From positions 10,206 through 74,205 of the forward strand of contig DAOTYE010000004.1 of assembly GCA_034434915.1 (NCBI GenBank): a DNA stretch of 64,000 nt. Direction: 5' to 3'. The stretch comes from Dehalococcoidales bacterium (GTDB taxonomy: Bacteria; Chloroflexota; Dehalococcoidia; Dehalococcoidales; RBG-16-60-22). The position numbers and the translations under genes are program-made. This document shows positions 44,040 to 53,722 of the stretch, one piece after another (within the stretch, counting starts at the first letter, position 1; each line of letters opens with the position of its first letter). Under the pieces are notes generated by a model that did no database searches, was not told the origin of the DNA, and saw only the letters and a program-made list of their open reading frames with translations.

Positions 44040-44675
44040 ATGAAAACAATCACTGCCCTGCGCAGGGAAAAGGCGGGGCGGGGAAGAAAAGTGAAGATAT
44101 ATCTGGACGGGAAACCAGCTTTTATACTGGAAAAAGAGGTGGTTGAAAAACATCGCCTCCGCACCGGACAGGAGCTAAACGATGGCGAGATTGAAGCACT
44201 GGCTCAGGCAAACGGGCTTCAGCGCTGTCTCAATGCCGCCCTGCGCTACCTGGGCTACCGGCCGCATAGCGAGGCGGAAATGAGAGAAAAGCTTTCCCGG
44301 CGCGGATTTGAGGGCGATTACATCAACTCAGCCATCAGCAAGCTCAGAGAACACGGGCTGATAGATGATGCCGCCTTCGCCAGGTTCTGGCAGGAAAACC
44401 GGCAGTCCTTCCGCCCGCGCAGCCAGCGGATGACCAGATTGGAGCTGGTGCGCAAGGGCATTGACCCCACCATAATAGACCGCGTAACGGGCAAAATTGA
44501 CGATGGTGAAAACGCTTATCGGGCGGCAGCACTCAGAGCCAGACTATTGAAATCAGCGGATTATGACACTTTCCGCCGCCGTCTTGGAGAGTATCTGCGG
44601 CGGCGTGGATTTGATTACGATGTGATAAGTCATACCATAGCTAGAATATGGGCCGAGAGGGACAGTCAGGAATAA
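44040..44675 (+). CDS. recX: RecA regulator RecX
   Basis: Three-repeat helical protein downstream of recA with the typical YLGYRPHSEAEMREKL pattern. SD GGAAGGAGAG. Confidence 0.8.
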   Translation: MKTITALRREKAGRGRKVKIYLDGKPAFILEKEVVEKHRLRTGQELNDGEIEALAQANGLQRCLNAALRYLGYRPHSEAEMREKLSRRGFEGDYINSAISKLREHGLIDDAAFARFWQENRQSFRPRSQRMTRLELVRKGIDPTIIDRVTGKIDDGENAYRAAALRARLLKSADYDTFRRRLGEYLRRRGFDYDVISHTIARIWAERDSQE

Positions 44676-44682
44676 TCCTGTT

Positions 44683-44711
44683 TTGACAAAAAACAGGGAA
44701 TTGAGTAGTAT
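44683..44711 (+). promoter_or_regulatory. Candidate promoter of rny
   Basis: TTGACA (44683-44688), 17 nt spacer, TAGTAT (44706-44711). The -35 is embedded in a CCTGTTTT/AAAACAGG hairpin. Confidence 0.5.
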
Positions 44712-44765
44712 TAGCTATCTTTTTACTGTCCCCCGGCGCCAAATTCTGAATGAAAGGGGGTAAAT

Positions 44766-46316
44766 ATGGAACAGGGCACAGTCTGGATTTATATCCTGGC
44801 GATATTCTTTGCCTTCATCATCGGCGTTGTCTTTGGTATCATGGCGGCGCTCATCTCCCGCCGCGTTATCTTCAATCGGCAAATCCGCATTGCGGAGAGA
44901 AAAGCCTCCCGAATTGTAAGCGATGCCCAAAATGAAGCCAAAAAAGCCGTCATGGAGGCACATGAGGAAGCCAGGAAAATAAAGGCAAGCGCCGAGGCAG
45001 AATATCGGGAACGCCGTGCTGAACTCCAGCGCCAGGAAAACCGCGTTACCCAAAAGAGTGAATACCTGGACCGCAGGCTGGAAAGCGTGGAGCAACGCGA
45101 GCGCAATCTGGCGAACAAAGAGAAGGACATTGATGCTGTCAAGGCACAACTTGAAGAATTGAAGGAGAAACAGCTCAAACAGCTAGAAACAATCTCCGGT
45201 ATGTCAAGTGAAGAAGCCAAGAAGGTGCTTTTGACGGCTTTAGAGGGAGAGCTCCAGCAGGAGACCTCAAGGCGACTGCGTGAGTGGGAGATAAGGCTTA
45301 AAGAAGAGGAGGATGCCAGAGCTAGAGAAATCCTCGCTCATGCCATTCAGCGCAGTGCCTCAGAAGTGGTGGCGGAAGCCACCGTTTCCGTGGTGCCTCT
45401 CCCCAGTGACGAGATGAAAGGCAGGCTTATCGGGCGGGAAGGACGCAATATCCGCGCCCTTGAGCAAGCCACCGGCGTAGACCTCATCATAGATGATACG
45501 CCTGAGGCAGTCACGCTATCCAGCTTTGACCCGGTGCGCCGGGAAGTCGCCCGCATCGCCCTCACCAAGCTGATACTGGACGGCCGCATCCATCCGGCAC
45601 GCATTGAAGAGGTGGTCGCCAAAGCCAAAGAGGAGGTAGACGCCACCATCTACAATGCCGGGGAGCAGGCGGCATACCAGGTTGGCGTTGCCGGCTTGCG
45701 TCCTGAGCTCATCAAACTGCTGGGCAGGCTCAAGTACCGCACCAGCTACGGGCAGAACACCCTTGCCCACAGCATTGAGACGGCATATCTCGCCGGCATG
45801 ATAGCCTCTGAGCTGAACGCGGATGTCGCTATCGCCAAACGCGCCGGCTTGCTCCATGACATCGGCAAGGCAGTGGACCGTGAGGTAGAAGGCACCCATG
45901 CCAGCATCGGCGTTGAAATACTGAAGCAGTGGGAGAAGTCTCCGGAGGTGCTCCAGGGCATCGCCGAACATCACCTAGAGACAGGCAACACGAGCTTTTG
46001 GGGCTTCATTATTTCAGCGGCGGACGCCATCAGCAGTGCCAGACCCGGTGCGCGCCGTGAAGCCCTGGAAAGCTACCTGAAGCGGATGAAAGACCTGGAA
46101 GACATCGCCAATAGCTTCAAGGGGGTGGAGAAATCCTATGCCATCCAGGCAGGGCGTGAAATCCGTATCCTGGTGAAGCCGGAGGAGATTGATGACCTGG
46201 GCGCGATGCGGCTGGCACGGGACATCGTCAAGAAAATAGAAGAGGGCTTGGAATACCCGGGCCAAATCAAGGTAACCGTGGTGCGGGAGACCAGAGCCAT
46301 AGACTACGCCAAATGA
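44766..46316 (+). CDS. rny: Ribonuclease Y
   Basis: N-terminal TM, coiled-coil, KH domain ([15 protein letters not shown]), HD domain (LLHDIGKA). Confidence 0.9.
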   Translation: MEQGTVWIYILAIFFAFIIGVVFGIMAALISRRVIFNRQIRIAERKASRIVSDAQNEAKKAVMEAHEEARKIKASAEAEYRERRAELQRQENRVTQKSEYLDRRLESVEQRERNLANKEKDIDAVKAQLEELKEKQLKQLETISGMSSEEAKKVLLTALEGELQQETSRRLREWEIRLKEEEDARAREILAHAIQRSASEVVAEATVSVVPLPSDEMKGRLIGREGRNIRALEQATGVDLIIDDTPEAVTLSSFDPVRREVARIALTKLILDGRIHPARIEEVVAKAKEEVDATIYNAGEQAAYQVGVAGLRPELIKLLGRLKYRTSYGQNTLAHSIETAYLAGMIASELNADVAIAKRAGLLHDIGKAVDREVEGTHASIGVEILKQWEKSPEVLQGIAEHHLETGNTSFWGFIISAADAISSARPGARREALESYLKRMKDLEDIANSFKGVEKSYAIQAGREIRILVKPEEIDDLGAMRLARDIVKKIEEGLEYPGQIKVTVVRETRAIDYAK

Positions 46317-46342
46317 AAAAGCTAAAAGAGAATGGAGCATTG

Positions 46343-47116
46343 ATGCGGATACTGGTCGTCGGTGATATTGTCGGGCGCCCCGGAAGGCAGGCGCTGCAGA
46401 GGCTCCTGCCCGGCCTGGAGCAGGAATACAAACTGGATATGGTCATCGCCAACGGGGAAAATGCCTCAGGAGGGTTCGGGTTGACGCCAGAGACCGCCCA
46501 GGAAATCCTCAGCATGGGGGTGGACGTCATCACCTCAGGCAACCATATCTGGGCACAAAAAGAGCTTCTCGCTCACCTTGATGGCGATATGCCCATCCTG
46601 CGCCCGCTCAACTACCCGGAGGGCGTGCCGGGGCGGGGTTACCTCACCATGGGGCAGGTCATGGTAGTCAACCTCATGGGGCGGACTTTCATGCAAGCCA
46701 TTGACTGCCCTTTCCGGGCGATGGACAGGCTTCTGTCAATGTTGACCGATAGACCGCCGGTGGTCATCGTTGACTTCCACGCCGAAGCCACCTCAGAAAA
46801 AATGGCGATGGGGCGCTATCTTGATGGCCGGGTAAGCGCGGTGCTGGGCACCCACACCCACGTGGGCACAATTGACGCCCAAATCCTGCCGCGGGGGACG
46901 GCTTATGTCACAGACATCGGTATGACCGGACCATCAGACTCAGTCATCGGCGACGATGCTGACTCAGTTCTCCGGCGTTTCCTCACCGGCATGCCTCACC
47001 ACCTCAGCGTGGGCAGGGGTAAGCCATTCCTGAGCGCCATGATGGTGGAAGCGGACAGCGAGAGCGGGAAGGCAATGCGGATTGAGCGCATCTCACGCAC
47101 GCTGGAGGAGCCTTGA
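46343..47116 (+). CDS. YmdB-like (TIGR00282) metallophosphoesterase
   Basis: MRILVVGDIVGRPGR...ANGENASGG. Start ATG 46343, 5 nt after GGAG. The alternative ATG 46313 lacks an SD. Confidence 0.85.
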   Translation: MRILVVGDIVGRPGRQALQRLLPGLEQEYKLDMVIANGENASGGFGLTPETAQEILSMGVDVITSGNHIWAQKELLAHLDGDMPILRPLNYPEGVPGRGYLTMGQVMVVNLMGRTFMQAIDCPFRAMDRLLSMLTDRPPVVIVDFHAEATSEKMAMGRYLDGRVSAVLGTHTHVGTIDAQILPRGTAYVTDIGMTGPSDSVIGDDADSVLRRFLTGMPHHLSVGRGKPFLSAMMVEADSESGKAMRIERISRTLEEP

Positions 47117-47961
47117 GCAAAGTTGACCTGCACATCCACTCCACCGCCTCAGACGGTAAGTATCCTCCGCAGGAAGTGGTGCGCAAAGCCGCAGAGGCAG
47201 GATTGACGACCATCGCCCTGACCGACCACGATACTGTGGACGGGATTGCCGCCGCGCTGACAGCGGCGAAATCTTTCCCCGGCCTCAGGGTGATACCGGG
47301 CGTTGAGGTCAGCACCGATGTTGAAGATGGTGAAATCCATGTCCTGGGATTCTTCATGGACTACACTGACCCTGATTTAAGCGCCACGCTGGCGCACTTC
47401 CGCGCTTCACGAGAGACGCGGGCGAAGAAGATAGTGGCTAAGCTCGCCAGTCTTGGCATCTCAATTGACTGGGAGCGCGTCCAGCAACTAGCGGGGGATG
47501 GCACCATCGGCAGACCGCACATTGCCCAGGCGATGCTGGAGCAAGGCTATATCACCAGCCTTCGTGAAGCGTTCAATAAATACATCGGGCGGACGGGACC
47601 AGCCTATGTAGAACGGGAGAAAATGACACCACCGGAAGCGGTGAAGCTGATATTGAAAGCCAGAGGGCTACCGGTGCTGGCTCACCCATTTTCAACCAAG
47701 AATCCGGAACACTGGGTCGCCAGATTAAAACGAGCCGGCTTATGCGGGCTTGAAGCTTATTACGCTGACCATACTCCGGAAGATACTGAACACCTGCTCC
47801 AGCTTGCCGCCAAATACGCCCTTGTTGTCACCGGCGGAAGTGATTTTCATGGTCTGGAAAGCGGCATCGGCGCCCCGCTGGGTGGCGTGGAGGTGCCAGA
47901 AGAAGCCGCCAACAGGCTGATTGCGCTCGCTGAAAAGAGAGGGCTGAAGACATATGGCTAG
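47113..47961 (+). CDS. PHP-domain phosphoesterase
   Basis: VDLHIHSTASDG...LTDHDT motif. Confidence 0.8.
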   Translation: MSKVDLHIHSTASDGKYPPQEVVRKAAEAGLTTIALTDHDTVDGIAAALTAAKSFPGLRVIPGVEVSTDVEDGEIHVLGFFMDYTDPDLSATLAHFRASRETRAKKIVAKLASLGISIDWERVQQLAGDGTIGRPHIAQAMLEQGYITSLREAFNKYIGRTGPAYVEREKMTPPEAVKLILKARGLPVLAHPFSTKNPEHWVARLKRAGLCGLEAYYADHTPEDTEHLLQLAAKYALVVTGGSDFHGLESGIGAPLGGVEVPEEAANRLIALAEKRGLKTYG

Positions 47962-48688
47962 CTGGTTCATGCTGATAGTATCAGCCTACATCATCGGCTC
48001 GCTGCCTGTTTCTTACCTGGCGGCAAAGTGGGCTAAGGGCATAGACCTGCGCAAATACGGCACCGGGCAGGTGGGCGGCGGCAACCTCTGGCGCATGACC
48101 GCCTCCTGGAAAATTGGACTGCCGGTGGGCCTCTATGACGGCAGTAAAGGCTTGTTCATGATGCTGGCGGCAAGGGCGGCGGGACTGGACCTTGCCCAGC
48201 AAATCGTCACGGGCCTTGCAGCCATCGCCGGGCATAACTGGTCAGTCTTTCTCAAGTTCAGCGGAGGGAGAGGGGTGGGCACGGCACTGGGCATCATCTT
48301 CATTTTGCCCTTCATTGCTCCCACCACCCTGTGGATAACGCTGACCTTTTTCATCATCGCCGTCATCACCATCATCTTTCTTCATCGTTCCCCTGTTCCC
48401 ATTCTCCTGGGGGTGGTCTCCCTGCCTATCACCAGCCTGGCGCTTAATCAGCCTCCCGCCGTTACGCTTGCCCTGCTGGGCATACCGTTTATTATCATCC
48501 TCAAGCGGCTCATCGCCCAACGCTCACCAGAAGCCTCCTCTCTTCCTAAAAACCAATTGCTTCTGAACCGCCTTCTCTTTGACCGGGATATCCGGGACAG
48601 GCAAGCCTGGCTCTACCGTGCGCCGATTGAAGGAAAGGCAAAAATCCGCTCAAATCAGAGAGAGGAGAGAGAAAACTCTAAATCCTAA
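47954..48688 (+). CDS. plsY: Glycerol-3-phosphate acyltransferase PlsY with a C-terminal extension
   Basis: GSLPVSYL...YGTGQVGGGN...GHNWSVFLKFSGGRG. The last codons and the stop lie inside the AAACTCTAAATCCTAA repeat. Confidence 0.85.
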   Translation: MASWFMLIVSAYIIGSLPVSYLAAKWAKGIDLRKYGTGQVGGGNLWRMTASWKIGLPVGLYDGSKGLFMMLAARAAGLDLAQQIVTGLAAIAGHNWSVFLKFSGGRGVGTALGIIFILPFIAPTTLWITLTFFIIAVITIIFLHRSPVPILLGVVSLPITSLALNQPPAVTLALLGIPFIIILKRLIAQRSPEASSLPKNQLLLNRLLFDRDIRDRQAWLYRAPIEGKAKIRSNQREERENSKS

Positions 48689-48718
48689 TTTCTAAACTCT
48701 AAACAAACTCAAATAAAG
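48673..48718. repeat. Solo copy of the AAACTCTAAATCCTAATTTCTAAACTCTAA motif
   Basis: Shares the 16-17-nt core with the cassette arms at 15972 and 16289, and about 29/31 nt with 36787-36818 (inverted). Confidence 0.75.
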
Positions 48719-48752
48719 AAAGCTGAGCTCTGTTTGGTTTTAGTTGATGGAG

Positions 48753-48835
48753 CTTTGCGCAAAGCTTGGCGGCGTGGTAATCTCAGCGATTTTATAGAAA
48801 TTGCTTCCTCCTTCAGCCGGAGTACCCGTAATAAC
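48753..48835. repeat. Intergenic hairpin-type repeat, copy C (diverged, inverted orientation)
   Basis: CTTTGCG...GGCGTGGTAATCTCAG...ATAGAAATTGC aligns with the reverse complement of copy A (CTTTGCG...GGCGTGGCAATTTCAG...ACAGAGATTGC). Confidence 0.5.
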
Positions 48836-48920
48836 AGAAGGAGCGCCTTCTTATTGACCGGTGAAAAAGAATATAGTAACTTTATTAGATATACTTTTCT
48901 AAACTGAGAGGAGGCTGTGC

Positions 48921-50099
48921 ATGAGAAAGGTAGCCGTAGTTGGTGTGGGGGAAACCAAGTTCACCGGTGCCCAGGACAAGACCAGTGTTGAGCTCTTCGC
49001 CGAGGCAACGATGGAGGCAATCACCGCCTCAAACCTGAAGACAAAGGACATTCAAGCCCTGTTCATGGGCAACTGCCTCGGCGATTTCTCTGAAGGGCAG
49101 GGAATGATTCAGGCTTACGCCGCAGAAAACATCGGCTTCCGCAATATACCCGCCACCCGCTATGAGGGAGCCTGCGCCTCAGCCAGTGTCGCCGTGAGAG
49201 ACGCTTTCATGTGGGTCGCCTCCGGCTTCTATGACATAGTGCTCGCCGGAGGGGTGGAGCGCGCCGCCTCCATGGGCACCGCCCTAGCCACGCGTACTTT
49301 CTCCATGTTCAGCGATAGCCGCTATGAATATCCGGCAGGCATCACCTTCCCGGCAGTCTTCGCCATGCTGACCCACCTCTACGCCCACAAGTACAATGTG
49401 CCCTTACAGAAGCTGAAAGAACAGCTGGCAATCGTCTCGGTGCAGTCTTACAACTATGGGAAGTTCAATCCCAAAGCCCACCTGCGCAAGGATGTCACCG
49501 TGGAAGCAGTGCTCAAATCCTTCATGGTGAGCACGCCGCTCCAGTTACATGATTGCTGTCCCTTCTCCGATGGTGCCGCGGCGGTCGTCCTTACTACGGA
49601 AGAGATAGCCCGGAAACTGACGAACAAGCCCGTTTATATCATCGGCGTGGGACAGGCTTCCGCCGGCTTGCTCTCCAGCCAGCAGGACACTCTGCCCCAC
49701 TTCAGAGCAAGAGAAATCTCCGCCAAACAGGCGTATGACATGGCAGGGGTAAAGCCTGCAGATATTGACGTATGCGAACTCCATGACTGCTTCAGCATCG
49801 CCAGCCTGCTCGCGGCGGAAAGCCTCGGCTTTTTTGACTACGGTACGTCCGGTGAGGCGTGGGCGAAGGGTCAAGCAAGAATCGGTGGGAAGATTGCCAT
49901 TAATCCCTCCGGCGGTCTGAAGTCCAAAGGACACCCCATCGGCGCCACCGGTGCGGGACAGGTCTATGAAATTGTCAATCAGTTGCGCGGCGAAGTGGAA
50001 AAAGAACGGCTAGTGGAAGGCGCCAGGCTTGGCATGACCGATACCTTAGGCGGGGACGGGGGAACACTGGTCAATATGATTCTCCAGCGGGGCTGGTAG
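48921..50099 (+). CDS. Thiolase-domain protein (archaeal/SCP-x type acetyl-CoA C-acyltransferase)
   Basis: 392 aa. Active-site Cys context YEGACASAS and C-terminal GHPIGATG. Confidence 0.8.
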   Translation: MRKVAVVGVGETKFTGAQDKTSVELFAEATMEAITASNLKTKDIQALFMGNCLGDFSEGQGMIQAYAAENIGFRNIPATRYEGACASASVAVRDAFMWVASGFYDIVLAGGVERAASMGTALATRTFSMFSDSRYEYPAGITFPAVFAMLTHLYAHKYNVPLQKLKEQLAIVSVQSYNYGKFNPKAHLRKDVTVEAVLKSFMVSTPLQLHDCCPFSDGAAAVVLTTEEIARKLTNKPVYIIGVGQASAGLLSSQQDTLPHFRAREISAKQAYDMAGVKPADIDVCELHDCFSIASLLAAESLGFFDYGTSGEAWAKGQARIGGKIAINPSGGLKSKGHPIGATGAGQVYEIVNQLRGEVEKERLVEGARLGMTDTLGGDGGTLVNMILQRGW

Positions 50100-50126
50100 C
50101 CTTATTCTGAACAGAGGGAGGATGAG

Positions 50127-50537
50127 ATGGAATATAAACTCACCTACAAACAATACAACGAAGCACTCAAGCAAAACAGGCTCCTCGGCTTGAAATGCCT
50201 TGACTGCGGCGCCATCACCGTGCCGCCCAAGATGGCGTGCCGCAAATGTGGTAGCACTAACCTGGAAATCACCCAGTTGAGCGGCAGGGGCAAAATCAAG
50301 ACCTTCACCACGGTGAACGTAGCGCCGGAAGGCAGAGAGAAAGAGGTGCCGTATATCATCGTCCTTGTTGAGCTTGAAGAAGGCTCCTGGCTGATGGGCA
50401 ACCTCAGCGGCACTGACCCAACTAAAGCCGGCATGGAGCTCATCGGCAAGCCGGTGACGCTGGGACATGCCATCTTCCCGGGGGATAGGTATTCCGCAGG
50501 CGAGGGCGTGCGCGCCGTTTTCGCGCTCGCCGGCTGA
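50127..50537 (+). CDS. DUF35 Zn-ribbon/OB-fold protein (thiolase partner)
   Basis: CLDCG...CRKCG rubredoxin-like ribbon followed by an OB-fold region. Confidence 0.8.
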   Translation: MEYKLTYKQYNEALKQNRLLGLKCLDCGAITVPPKMACRKCGSTNLEITQLSGRGKIKTFTTVNVAPEGREKEVPYIIVLVELEEGSWLMGNLSGTDPTKAGMELIGKPVTLGHAIFPGDRYSAGEGVRAVFALAG

Positions 50538-50552
50538 TGAAAGGAGATGCTG

Positions 50553-50984
50553 ATGGCTGGACAGAAAACAATTCTTGATAAGCTGGGGGTGGATATCGGC
50601 TATAAGTCCACCCATACCAAGACCGTGACTGCGGAAGATATCAACAAATTTGCTGAGGTCTCCGGCGACCACAACCCCATTCACCTGAACGAAGAGTATG
50701 CCAGGAAGACGTTCTTCTGCGGGAGGATTGCACACGGGGTGCTCACCATGTCATTCCTATCTGCGGCAGCCGCCAAGCTCCCCGGCTTGCCCATTTTGCT
50801 TTCTTTCTCCGGCAAGTTTCTGAAACCAGTATATATCGGCGATACCATCACCGCCACGGTTGAGGTCACCAATGCCCGCAAAGAAAAGGGCATCATCACT
50901 CTGAAAAGCATATGCACCAACCAGAAGGGTGAGCCGGTGATGGAGGGAGAAACGCTCGCCAGGCTTTTTGAGCCGCCGGTGTAG
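50553..50984 (+). CDS. MaoC-family (R)-specific enoyl-CoA hydratase/dehydratase
   Basis: FAEVSGDHNPIHLNEEYA hot-dog hydratase motif. The ORF also offers ATG 50547. Confidence 0.8.
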   Translation: MAGQKTILDKLGVDIGYKSTHTKTVTAEDINKFAEVSGDHNPIHLNEEYARKTFFCGRIAHGVLTMSFLSAAAAKLPGLPILLSFSGKFLKPVYIGDTITATVEVTNARKEKGIITLKSICTNQKGEPVMEGETLARLFEPPV

Positions 50985-50986
50985 CT

Positions 50987-52126
50987 TTACTTCAATAACT
51001 GCCGGGCGATGGTCATCCTCTGCATCTCGGACGTGCCCTCGTAGATTTCCGTGATTTTGGCATCCCGCAGGTAGCGCTCCAGCGGGTATTCTTTGCAGTA
51101 GCCGTAGCCGCCTAGTATCTGGATGGCTTTGCTGGTGACGAACATAGAGACCTCAGAGGCATAGACCTTAGCCATTGACGCCTCTTTGATGAAAGGCTGT
51201 CCGCTGTCCTGAAGCCAGGCGGCGCGGTAGGTCAGCAGTCTGGCGGCGTCAATCTGTGTCGCCATGTCCGCAAGCATCCACTGAATCGCCTGGAAATTGG
51301 CGATGGGCTGGCCGAACTGCTGTCTTTCCTTGGCATAGCTCAGCGCCCGTTCAAACGCCCCCCGGGCAATGCCTACCGCCTGCGCCGCCACCACCACACG
51401 GCTGGCGTCAATGGCGTTAAGCGCAATCTTGAACCCTTCTCCCTCATTGCCTATCCTGTTCTCTGCCGGAATGCCGCAGTTATCAAAAATAAGTTCAGCA
51501 GTGGACGAGCCGCGGATGCCCAGCTTGTGCTCCAGCTTGCCTACGGAGAAACCGGGGGTTCCTTTCTCCACCACGAAAGCGGTGATGCCCTTATGTTTGA
51601 GAGATTTATCCGTGCTGGCAAAGACCAGGATAACCTCCGCCTCTGCGCCATTGGTAATGAAGATTTTGGTTCCATTGAGCACGTAGCCATTGTCGCGCCG
51701 GATGGCGGTGGTCTGTAGAGAGGAAGGGTCACTCCCTGCACCGGTCTCTGTAAGGGCGAAAGCGGCTATTTTCTTCCCGGTGGCAATGGGGGTGACAAAC
51801 TTCTTCTTCTGTTCTTCCGTGCCAAAGGTGCAAATGGGATGCGCCGCAAGCCCGGTGCTGGCGAGGAAAATAGTGCCTGTAGCCGCGCAGACGCGACTGA
51901 TTTCTTCCGTAGCAATACATACCTCCGTTTCTCCTCCCCCGCTCCCCCCGTATTCCTCCGGCAGTCCCAGTCCCAGCAGTCCCAGCTCCGCCATTTTCTT
52001 GATGCTCTCCGCCGGGAACCTGGACTCCTCATCTATCTGCGCCGCAATCGGCTCAAGCTCCTTGAGGGCAAAGTCCTGCACCATGCTCCTGAGCATCTTT
52101 TGTTCTTCCGTAAATGAAAAGTCCAT
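50987..52126 (-). CDS. Acyl-CoA dehydrogenase
   Basis: 379 aa with typical ACAD motifs (FALTETGAGSD, YEGTSEMQR). Confidence 0.9.
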   Translation of the reverse strand: MDFSFTEEQKMLRSMVQDFALKELEPIAAQIDEESRFPAESIKKMAELGLLGLGLPEEYGGSGGGETEVCIATEEISRVCAATGTIFLASTGLAAHPICTFGTEEQKKKFVTPIATGKKIAAFALTETGAGSDPSSLQTTAIRRDNGYVLNGTKIFITNGAEAEVILVFASTDKSLKHKGITAFVVEKGTPGFSVGKLEHKLGIRGSSTAELIFDNCGIPAENRIGNEGEGFKIALNAIDASRVVVAAQAVGIARGAFERALSYAKERQQFGQPIANFQAIQWMLADMATQIDAARLLTYRAAWLQDSGQPFIKEASMAKVYASEVSMFVTSKAIQILGGYGYCKEYPLERYLRDAKITEIYEGTSEMQRMTIARQLLK

Positions 52127-52137
52127 AGTTGCCCTCC

Positions 52138-52917
52138 TTACAATCTTTGTTTCAGTCTTTCAACAATTGCGGTCATCACTTCCCCGGCTTTCTCACGGAT
52201 GACAACAACGGCGGCATCATCCATCGGGGTGGGGCTGAGATTGATGATGACCAGCTTCGCACCGGCGCCATGAGCGTATTCCGGCACGGAGGCGGCAGGA
52301 TAGACTACCAGCGATGAGCCGACGACGATGAGCAAATCACACCAGGAAGCACGCGCTGAGGCTTCCTGAAAAACATCCTCCGGGAGCATTTCCCCAAAAA
52401 ACACTACATCAGGTTTCAGGATGCCATGACACGTTTCACAGTCCGGGATGTCTTCACCTCTGCTCAATCTTGCTTTTACCTCTCCTAAAGAATAGTGCCG
52501 GCCGCACCTCAGACAGCGCGCCCGGCGCATATTGCCGTGAAGCTCAAAAACACGTTCCCCCGGGACGCCCGCCGCCTGATGGAGGTTGTCCACGTTCTGG
52601 GTGATAACGCAGTCAAGCTTGCCCAGCCGGTAAAGCCCGGCAATGGCATAGTGGGCGGCGTTCGGCTTCGCCTCTCCGGTGATGAGCTCGCCGCTGAGCA
52701 ACTGCCACTGTCTGCGCCGCGCCGCAGGACTGCTGAGGAACTTATCAATGGTGAAATCCTCCGGGTCAAATTTGCTCCACAGCCCGTCCGGACCGCGGAA
52801 GTCAGGTATGCCGGACTCTGTGCTGACGCCGGCGCCGGTGAAGACCACCACTTTCTGCGCCTCGTAAATCAGCCCGGCAACTGTATCAACGAGGGCTTCA
52901 AGACGCTTTTTATCCAT
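52138..52917 (-). CDS. cobB: NAD-dependent protein deacylase (sirtuin, CobB/Sir2 family)
   Basis: GAGVSTESGIPDFRG, QNVDNLH, and Zn ribbon CLRCG...CETC. Confidence 0.85.
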   Translation of the reverse strand: MDKKRLEALVDTVAGLIYEAQKVVVFTGAGVSTESGIPDFRGPDGLWSKFDPEDFTIDKFLSSPAARRRQWQLLSGELITGEAKPNAAHYAIAGLYRLGKLDCVITQNVDNLHQAAGVPGERVFELHGNMRRARCLRCGRHYSLGEVKARLSRGEDIPDCETCHGILKPDVVFFGEMLPEDVFQEASARASWCDLLIVVGSSLVVYPAASVPEYAHGAGAKLVIINLSPTPMDDAAVVVIREKAGEVMTAIVERLKQRL

Positions 52918-53017
52918 TGCACTGTCCCAATTCTACTGCGCTATACGCTCCCTGGCAAGCGATATTTTACTCCTGTTTGTCTTCATCTTGAGGCAACAGT
53001 ATAATTGAAAGTGAATT

Positions 53018-53722
53018 ATGCACTGGTTCTATTACGTGGGACGGGTTATTATGAGACTGCTCCTCTTCCTGTTCACCCGCTGGGAAGTGAGGGGGAGGGA
53101 GCATATCCCGCCGCAGGGTCCGCTCCTCGTGGTCGCCAATCATCTCCACAATGCGGACCCGCCTCTGCTGGGAGTGTGCATCAACCGCAAAATGATTTTC
53201 ATGGCGAAAGAAGGTCTGTTCAGAAATCCCCTTTCGCGCTATTTCGTAACGAACTTCGGGGCTTTCCCGGTGAGCCGGAGGCGGCTGACCAGGACAGCCA
53301 TCGCCCGGGCGGATGAAGTGCTCCAGAAAGGATTCGCCCTTGCCATGTTTCCGGAGGGAGGGCGGAGCAAGAGGGGACACCTGGTCAAAGCCCTGCCCGG
53401 CTCAGCGCTCATCGCCCTGAAAAATGATGTGCCCATCCTGCCGGTGGGCATCGCCGGCACGGAGGAGATAAAAGGATGGTTCTGGTACCTGCGCCGACCC
53501 CGCATCACCGTAAAAATCGGACCACCTTTTCACCTGCCGCAGGTAGATGGTAAAGTAACCAGAGAGATGCTGGAACAGGCAACGGATTACATCATGGAAC
53601 ACATTGCTGAACTGGTGCCACCATCATACAGGGGAAGATATGCCAGCAAAAAAGAAAAAGAGCATCAGCGTAGCGAAAGCGGAGAAGACCGGCTTCTGCT
53701 TCGGGGTGAAACGGGCAATTGA
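53018..53722 (+). CDS. plsC: 1-acyl-sn-glycerol-3-phosphate acyltransferase family
   Basis: ANHLHNAD (HX4D) and FPEGGRS motifs. The C-terminal tail overlaps ispH. Confidence 0.75.
   Translation: MHWFYYVGRVIMRLLLFLFTRWEVRGREHIPPQGPLLVVANHLHNADPPLLGVCINRKMIFMAKEGLFRNPLSRYFVTNFGAFPVSRRRLTRTAIARADEVLQKGFALAMFPEGGRSKRGHLVKALPGSALIALKNDVPILPVGIAGTEEIKGWFWYLRRPRITVKIGPPFHLPQVDGKVTREMLEQATDYIMEHIAELVPPSYRGRYASKKEKEHQRSESGEDRLLLRGETGN

Noticed and set aside
51930-51995. A short tandem-like CAGTCC/CAGCTCC repetition.
   Set aside because: It lies inside the acyl-CoA dehydrogenase coding sequence (the LGLLGLGLPEEYGG region) and simply reflects repeated Leu-Gly codons.
52138-52917. The Sir2-family gene as a possible Sir2-HerA defence partner.
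   Set aside because: It is a canonical CobB-type sirtuin (GAGxSxxSGIPDFRG, Zn ribbon). It lies 33 kb from herA on the opposite strand, next to acyl-CoA metabolism genes.
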